Origin: Armatimonadota bacterium
GTDB lineage: Bacteria > Armatimonadota > Fimbriimonadia > Fimbriimonadales > Fimbriimonadaceae
Length of the DNA: 64,000 nt
Assembly: GCA_031400935.1 (NCBI GenBank)
Contig: JANNQV010000061.1
Location: forward strand, 1 to 64,000
Direction of reading: 5' to 3'
Under the pieces are notes generated by a model that had not been told where the DNA came from, searched no databases, and worked only from the letters and a program-made list of their open reading frames with translations. Of this stretch, positions 1 through 8,630 are shown one piece after another. Positions within the stretch are counted from its first letter, which is position 1, and every line of letters begins with the position of its first letter. A program made the translations under genes and the position numbers.

Positions 1-1
1 T

Positions 2-541
2 GGAACGTGGGCCAAGACTTTGTTTCTCAACGATTTGGCATATCCTACGGCACTTCATGCAGGCAGTCACGGGGGCCCAGGGTGGATTAACGACAATTTT
101 GGCGCATCCATCGTATCGGGTGACATTTATAATTCTCGAAACGCAGCCTTCCTAAATGGCGTGCCTCCTATCAATGTCGCGCTGATTGATGCATGTGAAA
201 CTGCCCAAGACTTCATGTTCTTCGGAAACTTGCTTCATCCTGTTCCTCCGATAATTATTGACAGAGCGGCGGTTGGGTTTACGGTGAAGGTAAATGAGAA
301 TTGGTCGCCCGACTATGGAAGTGCATTTTGGGTAGCCTTAGAAGCTAAGAAGACCGTTGAGCAGGCTCGCTCGGACTTAATCAACACATACAACAAGGCC
401 TGGAAAGAGAATCCTGGCACTTTTTCAAAGCTCACAGGCACAAATACGCCAATTACAGGTGACAAGTATACGACCCTAAACCGAGCTTGGACAGGGAACA
501 ACACGCCCGCCTTTACAGACTGGTTTTTGGCCCTGGAGTAA
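2..541 (+). CDS. Hypothetical protein, 5'-truncated by the window edge; possible clan CD (caspase-like) peptidase fold
   Basis: Frame open from position 2 (GTWAKTLFLND...). Motifs LHAGSHG and VALIDAC resemble a His-Gly / Ala-Cys dyad. Confidence 0.6.
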   Translation, partial: GTWAKTLFLNDLAYPTALHAGSHGGPGWINDNFGASIVSGDIYNSRNAAFLNGVPPINVALIDACETAQDFMFFGNLLHPVPPIIIDRAAVGFTVKVNENWSPDYGSAFWVALEAKKTVEQARSDLINTYNKAWKENPGTFSKLTGTNTPITGDKYTTLNRAWTGNNTPAFTDWFLALE

Positions 542-545
542 TAAA

Positions 546-1412
546 ATGATAACGACAATTCTATGTTCTATAGCACTATGTCAAACCGATCTGTTTACTA
601 TTTCATCACGCTCAGCGACAATTCAAATGGGTGACTTAAGTGCAAATCATGCATTTGATCGTGCAAGACACATCATCAATCAATTTCAACTGAACACTAA
701 CAGAGTACCTAGTCTCTGTTTAAAGAGATCAAGACGCTTAGCTGATGAGTGGCTATGTGACTGGGAAGGTGAAGCTGAAGTTACCTTAAATTCTCGAACC
801 GGACACCTAGCATCAGTTATTGATTGGAAGAAGCAAAGGGAGCTAGATGCCCAACGAAATGTTTCTGCGGGGTTATCAATACAAAGCGAAGTTCAGGCAA
901 GGGTTCGCGGAAAGTCCATAATGCTGTTGGGAGGTGCACCACAAGCAATTGAGATATTCAACATCGAACTGTTAGAAGAGACAGAGTCCCAACGGGCACT
1001 TGCTCGAATGGACGCACGAGTACATCACAGCGGTATTGAATTGCGTTCTGTCTTTGCAATACTCGAAATAGATCGCAAGGACGGTAAATTGGTCAGCTTG
1101 CAACAGAATTGGGAATACGTGATCGAAACCGAATTGCCATCAATTACGCCAGTCCAAGCTCGGCTTTTCGCATTGAACATCTACGGATCGTTCGTTGTTG
1201 GCGCAAATAGGTACCCGATGGACTCTGGTCAACCGACCCTTGTCTATGTACGAAAACAGGAGGGATTCGGTTCGAGCTACTCCGAACCAAAGCCACCGAC
1301 TCCACGTTTGAGAATTGCTTTCTCCTTCAATTTTGGCAAAGACAACGTGCTTGTTGATGCTGTTAACGGCCAAAGTTTGGGAGGAATTGTGGCAAAAGAG
1401 CGGCCACATTAG
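546..1412 (+). CDS. Secreted hypothetical protein with PepSY-like segments
   Basis: Hydrophobic N-terminus; ITPVQA... and VLVDAVNG...G motifs; 4 nt after the upstream ORF. Confidence 0.6.
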   Translation: MITTILCSIALCQTDLFTISSRSATIQMGDLSANHAFDRARHIINQFQLNTNRVPSLCLKRSRRLADEWLCDWEGEAEVTLNSRTGHLASVIDWKKQRELDAQRNVSAGLSIQSEVQARVRGKSIMLLGGAPQAIEIFNIELLEETESQRALARMDARVHHSGIELRSVFAILEIDRKDGKLVSLQQNWEYVIETELPSITPVQARLFALNIYGSFVVGANRYPMDSGQPTLVYVRKQEGFGSSYSEPKPPTPRLRIAFSFNFGKDNVLVDAVNGQSLGGIVAKERPH

Positions 1413-1482
1413 CATCGTAGTTCTGAAATTTGCATGTTGAATTGCTTGGATACTTAATGTCTATGCGTGTACAATTTGCGGC

Positions 1483-2256
1483 ATGAGAATCGCGACTTTC
1501 AATGCAAATTCCATAAGGGCGCGCTTAGAAATCGTTTTGGATTGGCTTGCCGAAAACGAGCCAGATGTTCTTGCTATTCAAGAAATCAAATGCGAGAATG
1601 ACAAGTTTCCACTTGCAGATTTCGAAGAAGCTGGCTGGAATGCAGCCGTTTCTGGCCAAAAGAGCTACAACGGAGTTGCTATTCTAAGCCGACAGCCGAT
1701 TCAAAACGTGCGCGCAGGGTTCGAAGATCCAACCTGGCCCGATGACTGTAGAATTCTTTGTGCAGAAGTTGGCGGAGTTTCGATTGTAAACACATACGTT
1801 CCAAATGGTTCTGCAGTTGGAAGTGAAAAGTTTGACTACAAGCTTCGGTGGTTGCCAAGGTTCAGTCAATTGGTGAGCGAGAGATTTAGGGCCGATCAAC
1901 GAGTGGTTTGGCTGGGGGACATCAATATTGCTCCGACAGAAAATGACCTTTTTGATGCCGCTCGACACGAAGGAAAGGTCGGTTTTCATCCTGATGAAAT
2001 CAACGCATTGGAAAATTTGAAGGAATGGGGATGGCATGATTGCTTCCGCAAATTTGAATCGGGGCCGGGGCATTACACATTTTGGGAATTCGTGATTCCA
2101 AAAGCATTTGAGAAGAACCTTGGATGGCGAATTGACCATATCTACACAACGGCGACAATGCTCGATAGATGCACGCGCTGTTGGATTGATAAAGAACCTA
2201 GGGCATTGGAAAGGCCGAGCGATCACACATTCGTTGTTGCTGATTTTGATGTCTAA
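1483..2256 (+). CDS. xth: Exodeoxyribonuclease III
   Basis: MRIATFNANSIRAR, LAIQEIK, GDINIA, RIDHI and SDH motifs. Confidence 0.96.
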   Translation: MRIATFNANSIRARLEIVLDWLAENEPDVLAIQEIKCENDKFPLADFEEAGWNAAVSGQKSYNGVAILSRQPIQNVRAGFEDPTWPDDCRILCAEVGGVSIVNTYVPNGSAVGSEKFDYKLRWLPRFSQLVSERFRADQRVVWLGDINIAPTENDLFDAARHEGKVGFHPDEINALENLKEWGWHDCFRKFESGPGHYTFWEFVIPKAFEKNLGWRIDHIYTTATMLDRCTRCWIDKEPRALERPSDHTFVVADFDV

Positions 2257-2265
2257 AGAGGGACG

Positions 2266-2694
2266 ATGATTACTAAGAGAAAGGTGCCGACGCAACCCAA
2301 GACGGCAGAGCCAGGGAAAACTGTGTTATTTAGCATTCTGGCAGTTGTATCTTTAGTCTTGTTTCTAATTGCGTCTTTCATCTTGAAGCAGGCAAATTTC
2401 GTAGATGTTGAACCTCTATTTCGGCAATATGTTTTGATTGCGTCCGGATTCGTGATGCTGATATCGGCCTCACTAACAGTTCGGAAACCGGTCAGTGGTG
2501 ATGGTGCAAAAGAGAAAATTGTCTTGATGCACCGAATAAGCATCGTGGGCATACAACTTGCGATGGTCGGCGTTTTTGTTCTTCTTGGTCTCAAAGGGGA
2601 TACAATAGCCGCCGCAATTGTCTCCGGATGTGGGATTCTTTTGATCCTCGCAGTTGTTTTGCCTCAAACTTTGAGCAAGATGCCCCGCAAATGA
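2266..2694 (+). CDS. Small membrane protein (about 4 TM helices)
   Basis: Four hydrophobic segments; GAGGG upstream of ATG. Confidence 0.7.
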   Translation: MITKRKVPTQPKTAEPGKTVLFSILAVVSLVLFLIASFILKQANFVDVEPLFRQYVLIASGFVMLISASLTVRKPVSGDGAKEKIVLMHRISIVGIQLAMVGVFVLLGLKGDTIAAAIVSGCGILLILAVVLPQTLSKMPRK

Positions 2695-2723
2695 ATTACC
2701 AATAAGATGCGTTAGGTTTATGA

Positions 2724-2774
2724 ACTCCACCCCCAACCCCCTCCTCTTTGCTCGTTCCTCACAAAAGGAGGGCG
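2724..2774. repeat. Intergenic copy of the ACTCCACCCCCAACCCCCTCCT...AGGAGGG palindromic repeat family
   Basis: First 43 nt identical to 6452-6494; internal hairpin CCCTCCTCTTTG/CAAAAGGAGGG; lies between convergent genes. Confidence 0.9.
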
Positions 2775-3632
2775 CTAGGTCGGCAATTTCTTCAAAACAG
2801 CAGCAACCCAATCGCCATCCAGCGCCATTTCTACAAGCGAAAAGCCGCTGGTCTCAGCCGCGGCCAACACATCAGCCCAATTCGACTCAATAATCCCAGA
2901 TACGATCCAAAGCCCACCCTCTTGAACACGGAGAGCGACTTGCGGTGCAAGGCGAATCAACGTTGCGCTGATGATATTGCTGATTACGACTGGCCACTGG
3001 CGATCAAGTTCGCTTCCATCCAAGCCTGGTGCACAGATGAGGGAGCAATCAACTCCATTTCTGGAAGCGTTTTCCTTGGCAACTTCAATTGCAATCGGAT
3101 CAATATCCGTGCCCAGAACGCTTTTTACTCCCAATTTCTTTGCGGCGATAGAGAGAATTCCGCTTCCTGTTCCCAAATCTAGCAGGGAAGTTGTGTTCAC
3201 GCCAGCATATTTCTCAAGAAACGTTAGACAAAGTTTTGTGGTCGAATGATCGCCAGTCCCAAACGCCTGACCGGGGTCAATTAAGATCAAAATATCGTCA
3301 GCCTTGCAATCAAACGTCTCCCAAGTTGGGCAAACCACCAGATGTTTTCCAACCCGAATCGGCTTGAAATGGTGCCTCCAAAGTTCAGTCCAATCCTGTT
3401 CCGGCGTAACAGTGATCGTTACTGCTTCTGCGCCAAGGTCCAATAATTCTGACCGCAGAGATTCGGCAATTGGCATCGAAGCTGGAGTTTCCTCAAGGTA
3501 CGCAAGTAACTCCGGCGGCGAGTCGGATTGGAGGCTTGAAGGGCAGCCATGCTCCTCGCAAGAACTTACGAATGGTGACCAATCTTCGGGAACTGAGGCC
3601 AGCGAAGCTCGAATCTCGATCCAATCGCTCAT
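2775..3632 (-). CDS. prmA: 50S ribosomal protein L11 methyltransferase
   Basis: [29 protein letters not shown] and SGII motifs; follows dnaJ. Confidence 0.96.
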   Translation of the reverse strand: MSDWIEIRASLASVPEDWSPFVSSCEEHGCPSSLQSDSPPELLAYLEETPASMPIAESLRSELLDLGAEAVTITVTPEQDWTELWRHHFKPIRVGKHLVVCPTWETFDCKADDILILIDPGQAFGTGDHSTTKLCLTFLEKYAGVNTTSLLDLGTGSGILSIAAKKLGVKSVLGTDIDPIAIEVAKENASRNGVDCSLICAPGLDGSELDRQWPVVISNIISATLIRLAPQVALRVQEGGLWIVSGIIESNWADVLAAAETSGFSLVEMALDGDWVAAVLKKLPT

Positions 3633-4741
3633 TTCTTCTTCTTAAAAATTCCGCCCAGGAAGCCAGAATCTTCGTTTCCTTTCGGAATGAGTTCTCCGCT
3701 AACTTCTGCAAATTGTTTGAGCAGTTCAATTTGAGCATCCGAGAGCTTTTTGGGAACGTTCACTTGAACTGCAAAATGCATGTCTCCGCGTCTTCCACCA
3801 TGCAATGGGGGAAGTCCTGCTCCCCTGACGGTCAGAATCTCGCCGGGCTGTGTTCCCGCAGGAATTTCGATGTCGTAGTCTTGGTCAATCCCCTCAACAG
3901 CGATTTCGTCACCCATTGATGCTTGCGCAAATGTAAGCTTCAGATGTCCGACAATATCATGTCCGTGCCTTTCGAATCGGGAATCTGCTTTAACCGAGAC
4001 CACGACATAAAGGTCGCCCGAATGTCCGCCTCCAACGCCTTCGCTCCCGCTGCCAGCGTAATGAATCGTCATGCCATGTTCCACTCCAGGGGGAACTTTA
4101 ACGTCAATGGTTGATTCTTTGACAACTGTGCTCTTGCCTCGACAAGACTTGCAAGGATTTGAAATAATGACGCCAGCGCCACGGCATTGTGGACACGTCG
4201 TTTGAGTTCGAATTTGACCCAAAAAGGTGTCTCTAACAGCGGCAACCGCACCTTGGCCGTTGCATTTGGTACATTGGTCGGGTTTGCCTCCGCCTTCAAC
4301 TCCGGTTGCTCCACAAGATTCGCATTTCGCCTGCTTATGGTAAGTGATTGAATGCTGAGTTCCGGTGACAACTTCTTCGAAAGTAACTGTCACATCCGCG
4401 CGAATGTCTTCGCCGTCTCGACCTCGGTTTGCTCGACGACCGCTTGTTTGTCCGCCAGCATTGCCGAAAAACATGTCGAAAAGATCGCCGAAATTGACTT
4501 GTTGGCTCTGGAACCCGCCAGCTTGCTCGTCTACTCTGCCATAACGGTCGAATTGCGCCTTCTTTTCTTCGTCAGACAGGATTCCGTATGCCGAGCCGAT
4601 CTCCTTGAACTTTTCTTCAGCTTCCGGATTGTTCGGGTTGACGTCAGGATGAAACTGCCTCGCTAATTTGCGAAAGGCAGATTTGATTTCGTCGGCAGAG
4701 GCCGACGAAGATACGCCAAGGACCTCATAGGGATTCCGCAT
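3629..4741 (-). CDS. dnaJ: Chaperone DnaJ
   Basis: J-domain with HPD, G/F region, four CxxCxGxG-type zinc-finger repeats. Confidence 0.97.
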   Translation of the reverse strand: MRNPYEVLGVSSSASADEIKSAFRKLARQFHPDVNPNNPEAEEKFKEIGSAYGILSDEEKKAQFDRYGRVDEQAGGFQSQQVNFGDLFDMFFGNAGGQTSGRRANRGRDGEDIRADVTVTFEEVVTGTQHSITYHKQAKCESCGATGVEGGGKPDQCTKCNGQGAVAAVRDTFLGQIRTQTTCPQCRGAGVIISNPCKSCRGKSTVVKESTIDVKVPPGVEHGMTIHYAGSGSEGVGGGHSGDLYVVVSVKADSRFERHGHDIVGHLKLTFAQASMGDEIAVEGIDQDYDIEIPAGTQPGEILTVRGAGLPPLHGGRRGDMHFAVQVNVPKKLSDAQIELLKQFAEVSGELIPKGNEDSGFLGGIFKKKK

Positions 4742-4750
4742 GGATCGCGA

Positions 4751-5245
4751 TTACTCTTCGTTTTCGTCTTCGAGCGAAGTTTCTTGCTCCGCAATATCGC
4801 TCAAGCTCAAAGTGTCCGTATCTGATACGACAGTCACGACTTCTTCTTCCTCTACGCCAACTAAGTCCGAAAGGTTTACAGGTTCGACTACATCGTCATG
4901 GTGGTCATCGTGATCCTCCTCGCCATGAACAATGGTCTCGATAAGCGGAATCTCGTGTTCATCCAATGCTGGAAGCAACATACCGAATTCGGCAGGAAGG
5001 ACTTCACCGGATTGAATCAATTGCTCTCTACTGTCGTAGATCGGCTTCTCGATTGCATCGGGAAGAATTGCTTTAATCTTTCCAGCTGCAATCTCGGCAA
5101 GCGCGATCGTAAGCGGATGATTTGAGTCAATGCTGACCAATGCGGGCGCACCCTCTTTCAGTTGCTTTGCTCGCTTTGCAGCTAGATTTGCAAGCACGAA
5201 TTTGCCGTGCTCGTAATTGTTGAGAATATCTGGGGAAGGAAACAT
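4751..5245 (-). CDS. rpoZ: RNA polymerase omega subunit with long acidic C-terminal tail
   Basis: KFVLANLAAKRAKQL...HPLTIALAEIAAGKI omega signature in the first ~60 aa. Confidence 0.88.
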   Translation of the reverse strand: MFPSPDILNNYEHGKFVLANLAAKRAKQLKEGAPALVSIDSNHPLTIALAEIAAGKIKAILPDAIEKPIYDSREQLIQSGEVLPAEFGMLLPALDEHEIPLIETIVHGEEDHDDHHDDVVEPVNLSDLVGVEEEEVVTVVSDTDTLSLSDIAEQETSLEDENEE

Positions 5246-5365
5246 AGGAATTCATTCGCGGAAGATGCGACCTTTAACTATACCTGAAAACGCGAGACGT
5301 TGGAAAGTTGTTTGCGGGTGGACGGCAAGTGGTTGCCAGGTTGTCGGCAGGATGTTGGTGCTTAC

Positions 5366-5460
5366 CGGTTGGCAGTCAGCAGATGGCAGTTAGCTGTTGC
5401 CGCTCTCCGCCTCCCGCTCACTCTTACAATCTACAATCTAAAGCCGCACACCCCATACCC
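5366..5460. repeat. Degenerate heptamer tandem array (GCAGTYA-type arm followed by CCGCTCY-type arm)
   Basis: GCAGTCA GCAGATG GCAGTTA GCTGTTG CCGCTCT CCGCCTC CCGCTCA, then TACAATC repeats, in a divergent intergenic region. Confidence 0.7.
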
Positions 5461-5485
5461 TGAGCCCAGATGCTATCCTTCCCGA

Positions 5486-6796
5486 ATGCGAAATCAAGAC
5501 GGACTCAGCATCGAAACCCTTCTTCAGCATGTGGGAGAAGAAAAACCTTCAGGTTCACCAGTTGCCCCGCCAATTGTGCAGACGTCGCTGTTTGTCTTCG
5601 ATACGGTGGATGAGCTTTGGGAATCGCAAGCTGCTACGATCGGTCCGCCATTTTGCTATTCGAGGATAACGAATCCAACGCTAGACATTGTTGAACAAAA
5701 AATCGCCCTCCTAGAAGGAACAGATTGTTGCAAGTGCTATGCATCCGGCATGGCGGCGATAAGTTCGGCAGTTATGAGTTGCGTTCAGAATGGCTCGCAT
5801 GTGGTGGCCTTGGACACTAGTTATGGCCCAACCAAGCAGTTTTTGAAGGACTATTTGCCGAAATTCGGAGTGGAAACTACATTTGCAGATGGCTTGACTA
5901 CAGAATCATTTTTAGATTCCATTCGTCAAGAAACAACCTGCGTTTATCTCGAATCTCCAGGAAGCATTCTGTTTCGTATTTTGGATATCGAAGCGATCAC
6001 GACGGTCTGTAGGGAAAAGGGAATCACAACAATTCTAGATAATTCGTATTCGTCACCCATCTTTCAGAAGCCAACCAAGTTTGGAGTTGACATCATCGTT
6101 CATAGCGCAACCAAATACCTGGGTGGCCATAGCGACGTTGTGGCTGGTGCGCTTTGCACTTCACGCGAAAGAATGGAAAAGATTGTGGCAAACGAAACCG
6201 CACTTTTTGGCGGAGCGTTGCCCCCGTTTCCGGCGTGGCTGCTTCTTCGAGGGCTACGGACTTTGCCGATGAGAATGAAGTGGGCGCAGGAATCTGGGAA
6301 TGTTGTTTTCGATTTCTTGAAGAATCATCCGATGGTTGAAGAAGTGTTTCATGTCGGCGACCCATTGCATTCTCAAAAGCGATTGATTGAAAAACAGATG
6401 TGCGGCAGTTCGAGCCTGCTTTCGTTCGTTCCCAGGCTCTCAAAATTCGTTACTCCACCCCCAACCCCCTCCTCTTTGCTCGTTCCTCACAAAAAGGAGG
6501 GGGCTTCCGGAATCCCCTCCCTTTATTCGACGAAGGAGGAAAGAGGGAAGGGCAGGGGAGGGAGTCAAGCTCGAGCGGAAATGCCAGGAGAAATTGAGGT
6601 TAAAGGTTTTATCGAAGCCCTCGACATCTTCCAAATCGGCGTCTCATGGGGCGGGTTTGAAAGCCTTTCCGTGCCGCTTTATTACAATCCATCGGATTGG
6701 ACAGAGCCGAAGTGGGTGGTACGTCTTTATATGGGATTTGAGGACCCTGGGGATTTGGTGAGGGATTTAGAAGGGGCGTTCAAGGCTTTGAAATGA
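5486..6796 (+). CDS. PLP-dependent trans-sulfuration enzyme (cystathionine gamma-synthase/beta-lyase family) with an in-frame repeat insertion
   Basis: YSRITNPT, ASGMAAI, LESPGS, DNSY, HSATKYLGGHSD (PLP lysine) and VSWGGFES motifs. Start moved to ATG 5486 because the upstream extension is repeat DNA. Confidence 0.92.
   Translation: MRNQDGLSIETLLQHVGEEKPSGSPVAPPIVQTSLFVFDTVDELWESQAATIGPPFCYSRITNPTLDIVEQKIALLEGTDCCKCYASGMAAISSAVMSCVQNGSHVVALDTSYGPTKQFLKDYLPKFGVETTFADGLTTESFLDSIRQETTCVYLESPGSILFRILDIEAITTVCREKGITTILDNSYSSPIFQKPTKFGVDIIVHSATKYLGGHSDVVAGALCTSRERMEKIVANETALFGGALPPFPAWLLLRGLRTLPMRMKWAQESGNVVFDFLKNHPMVEEVFHVGDPLHSQKRLIEKQMCGSSSLLSFVPRLSKFVTPPPTPSSLLVPHKKEGASGIPSLYSTKEERGKGRGGSQARAEMPGEIEVKGFIEALDIFQIGVSWGGFESLSVPLYYNPSDWTEPKWVVRLYMGFEDPGDLVRDLEGAFKALK
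6452..6565. repeat. Head-to-head doublet of the palindromic repeat inside a CDS (114 bp, frame preserved)
   Basis: ACTCC...GGAGT termini; left half matches 2724, right half matches 33749-33799. Confidence 0.88.
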
Positions 6797-6902
6797 TCCG
6801 GCAAGTTCCTCCCGCATTTTTCGAGTAACGGGAGAAAAGGTGGTAGTTTTTTAGGGTGGGAGGTTAAAAAATCTCTGCGGAAATCCTTTCCCTCCATCCC
6901 CA

Positions 6903-7039
6903 AACCTATCCGGAGTCATTTCTCGACGAACCGGGCAGAGTCACGTAAATGTACGAGAATCACGCAATTGCAGCTAACTCGTTAGTATCGGCATAGAACT
7001 TGAAACGTTGCGCCTCTTGACCGGGGCACCGGTTAGGTT
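6903..7039. ncRNA. Candidate rod-shaped structured RNA (possibly 6S-like)
   Basis: Nested complementarity: AACCTA-CCGG/CCGG-TAGGTT, CCGG..CAGAG/CTCTTG.CCGG, ACGT/ACGT, ACGAG/CTCGT. No ORF here. Confidence 0.3.
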
Positions 7040-7042
7040 AAA

Positions 7043-7061
7043 CTCGAGCGGGAGGCTCGAG
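7043..7061 (-). terminator. Hairpin downstream of the transglutaminase gene
   Basis: CTCGAGC-GGGAG-GCTCGAG, followed by only a short T run on the minus strand. Confidence 0.45.
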
Positions 7062-7073
7062 CCATCATGGCGC

Positions 7074-8393
7074 CTAATGGCCGTCAACGGGAACAGACGC
7101 AAGCGACGAAAAACCGCTTCCTTCTGTAGCTCTTACTCCAGAAGTGTTCCAAAACACCGATGGACCTTGTAGAAGGCCGAAAATGCGTCCTCCTGCAGTC
7201 ACATCAAAACCAAAACTTGTGGCGACTCGGCGATTGAGATTGGGCATGACACCGAAGTAAATGGGAAGAGTTCCCTTTGGCATCTTGCCCTTTGCATATG
7301 CAGGATCGCAAGAAATCCAGCCGTGAATTGGAATGTAGAATTCTGCCCAAACGTGCCACTGATTTTCGCCTTCTGTGAACCCGGCTACGGTTCTCGCAGG
7401 AATTCCATTCGCCCTGCACCCAGCGACGAAGAGTGATGACAGCCCGCCACAATCGGTTTTCTTTGTTTTGTATGCTGAAAGGGCTGATGGCATTTTTCCT
7501 GGCTTCATGACCATGTAAGAGCACCTTGCAAGGACGCTCTTATAGACCGATTCAGCGATGGCAAACGGAGTTGAAGCAGTCGCGCTTGATCTTGCGGTAC
7601 CTGCGAATTGTAAGAGAGTTGGCGACGCCGATTCAACATAAATCTCAGGTTGGAGCCAGGTTCGCCCTTGAGGCGAACCAAATTGGTAATCGGCAAAAGT
7701 TATGGTATTGAGGAAGTCGCGATTAATCCTTTGCGACCAAGCTTGAGTTGAAATCTGGGACGACTGATTCAATGAGATTGCTGTTCCGAGATCGAAACTG
7801 TTATTAAACGCCTCGCCATCAGAAAAGTCTCCGGGGAGATTTTGCGAAGTGACGGTTTGGAAGCTAGACGTCTGAATCTTCGGAAAGAAAAGCTGGACTT
7901 GTCCGGGAGATCGGTTCCATTGAACGGAAAGGCCAAGATTGGCTTCAATACTCCGATAGGCATACCACTGGATCCCGCTTGCAGGGCGATCTGCAGTTAG
8001 GTTGAAACTCGCCGAGTTGTTTGCTGTTGAGATTTCGGAGAGTCCGCGAATTCCAACAAGCGAGATTTTGATTGAAAATGGTTGATCAGTTAGTACCGGA
8101 ATCGGCCCCCAAGTGACGCTGTATGTTCCTGGTTCGCCAATTCCAAGACCGAGCAATGGTGTCTGCATCGTTTGATATGGAGCTTGAATTTTGACCAAAT
8201 ACTGCTTGTCTAACGGGCCCTGAATGGAGTATTTCAAAGTCACGAAAGTGTTCTCGCCAAGCATGGGGCGGATCGGGTCGCCATTGCTGTTGGAAGCGAA
8301 TGCTTCTGTGGCAATCAAGTCAACAGTAGTTCGCGCCGCGAATGTTGCGGATGATATAAGCAACGTGGATAGGGAAGCGATAACTCGGATCAC
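7074..8393 (-). CDS. Secreted transglutaminase-like domain protein
   Basis: Signal peptide; Cys-His-Asp triad in TDCGGLS..GIPAR..G, HVWAEFY and GWISCDP. Confidence 0.88.
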   Translation of the reverse strand: MIRVIASLSTLLISSATFAARTTVDLIATEAFASNSNGDPIRPMLGENTFVTLKYSIQGPLDKQYLVKIQAPYQTMQTPLLGLGIGEPGTYSVTWGPIPVLTDQPFSIKISLVGIRGLSEISTANNSASFNLTADRPASGIQWYAYRSIEANLGLSVQWNRSPGQVQLFFPKIQTSSFQTVTSQNLPGDFSDGEAFNNSFDLGTAISLNQSSQISTQAWSQRINRDFLNTITFADYQFGSPQGRTWLQPEIYVESASPTLLQFAGTARSSATASTPFAIAESVYKSVLARCSYMVMKPGKMPSALSAYKTKKTDCGGLSSLFVAGCRANGIPARTVAGFTEGENQWHVWAEFYIPIHGWISCDPAYAKGKMPKGTLPIYFGVMPNLNRRVATSFGFDVTAGGRIFGLLQGPSVFWNTSGVRATEGSGFSSLASVPVDGH

Positions 8394-8440
8394 GTTTAGT
8401 TATTGTGCAAGATTTGTGCCGGAAGGGTTGTTGGCGGCTG

Positions 8441-8578
8441 GCAATTAGCAGTTTGTGGTTAGCGGGTGAAGTTCTGATTTAGCACAGTACAAATTAATCG
8501 AACTATTCCCTGGAATCCAAAATGCTGTATCTGTTGAGATACTCTGGAATCCGCTAGTCGCCAACTGCTAACCGCTTA
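8441..8578. repeat. Mirror-image heptamer arrays (GCRGTTA / TAACYGC)
   Basis: GCAATTA GCAGTTT GTGGTTA GCGGGTG at 8441-8468; complementary CCAACTGCTAACCGCT arm at about 8551-8578. Confidence 0.7.
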
Positions 8579-8630
8579 CATTCCTCCAACCACATCCCAG
8601 CATCCCGCAGCCGGGTACTCTACCAGCTTC

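Noticed and set aside
5300..5485. 62-aa N-terminal extension of the PLP enzyme in the ORF track
   Set aside because: It is a translation of the heptamer repeat tract. Family similarity begins after ATG 5486, which has a -10 box 6 nt upstream.
6800..7060. SAM or other riboswitch associated with the sulfur-metabolism gene
   Set aside because: The region is downstream of both flanking genes and lacks recognisable SAM-I core motifs.
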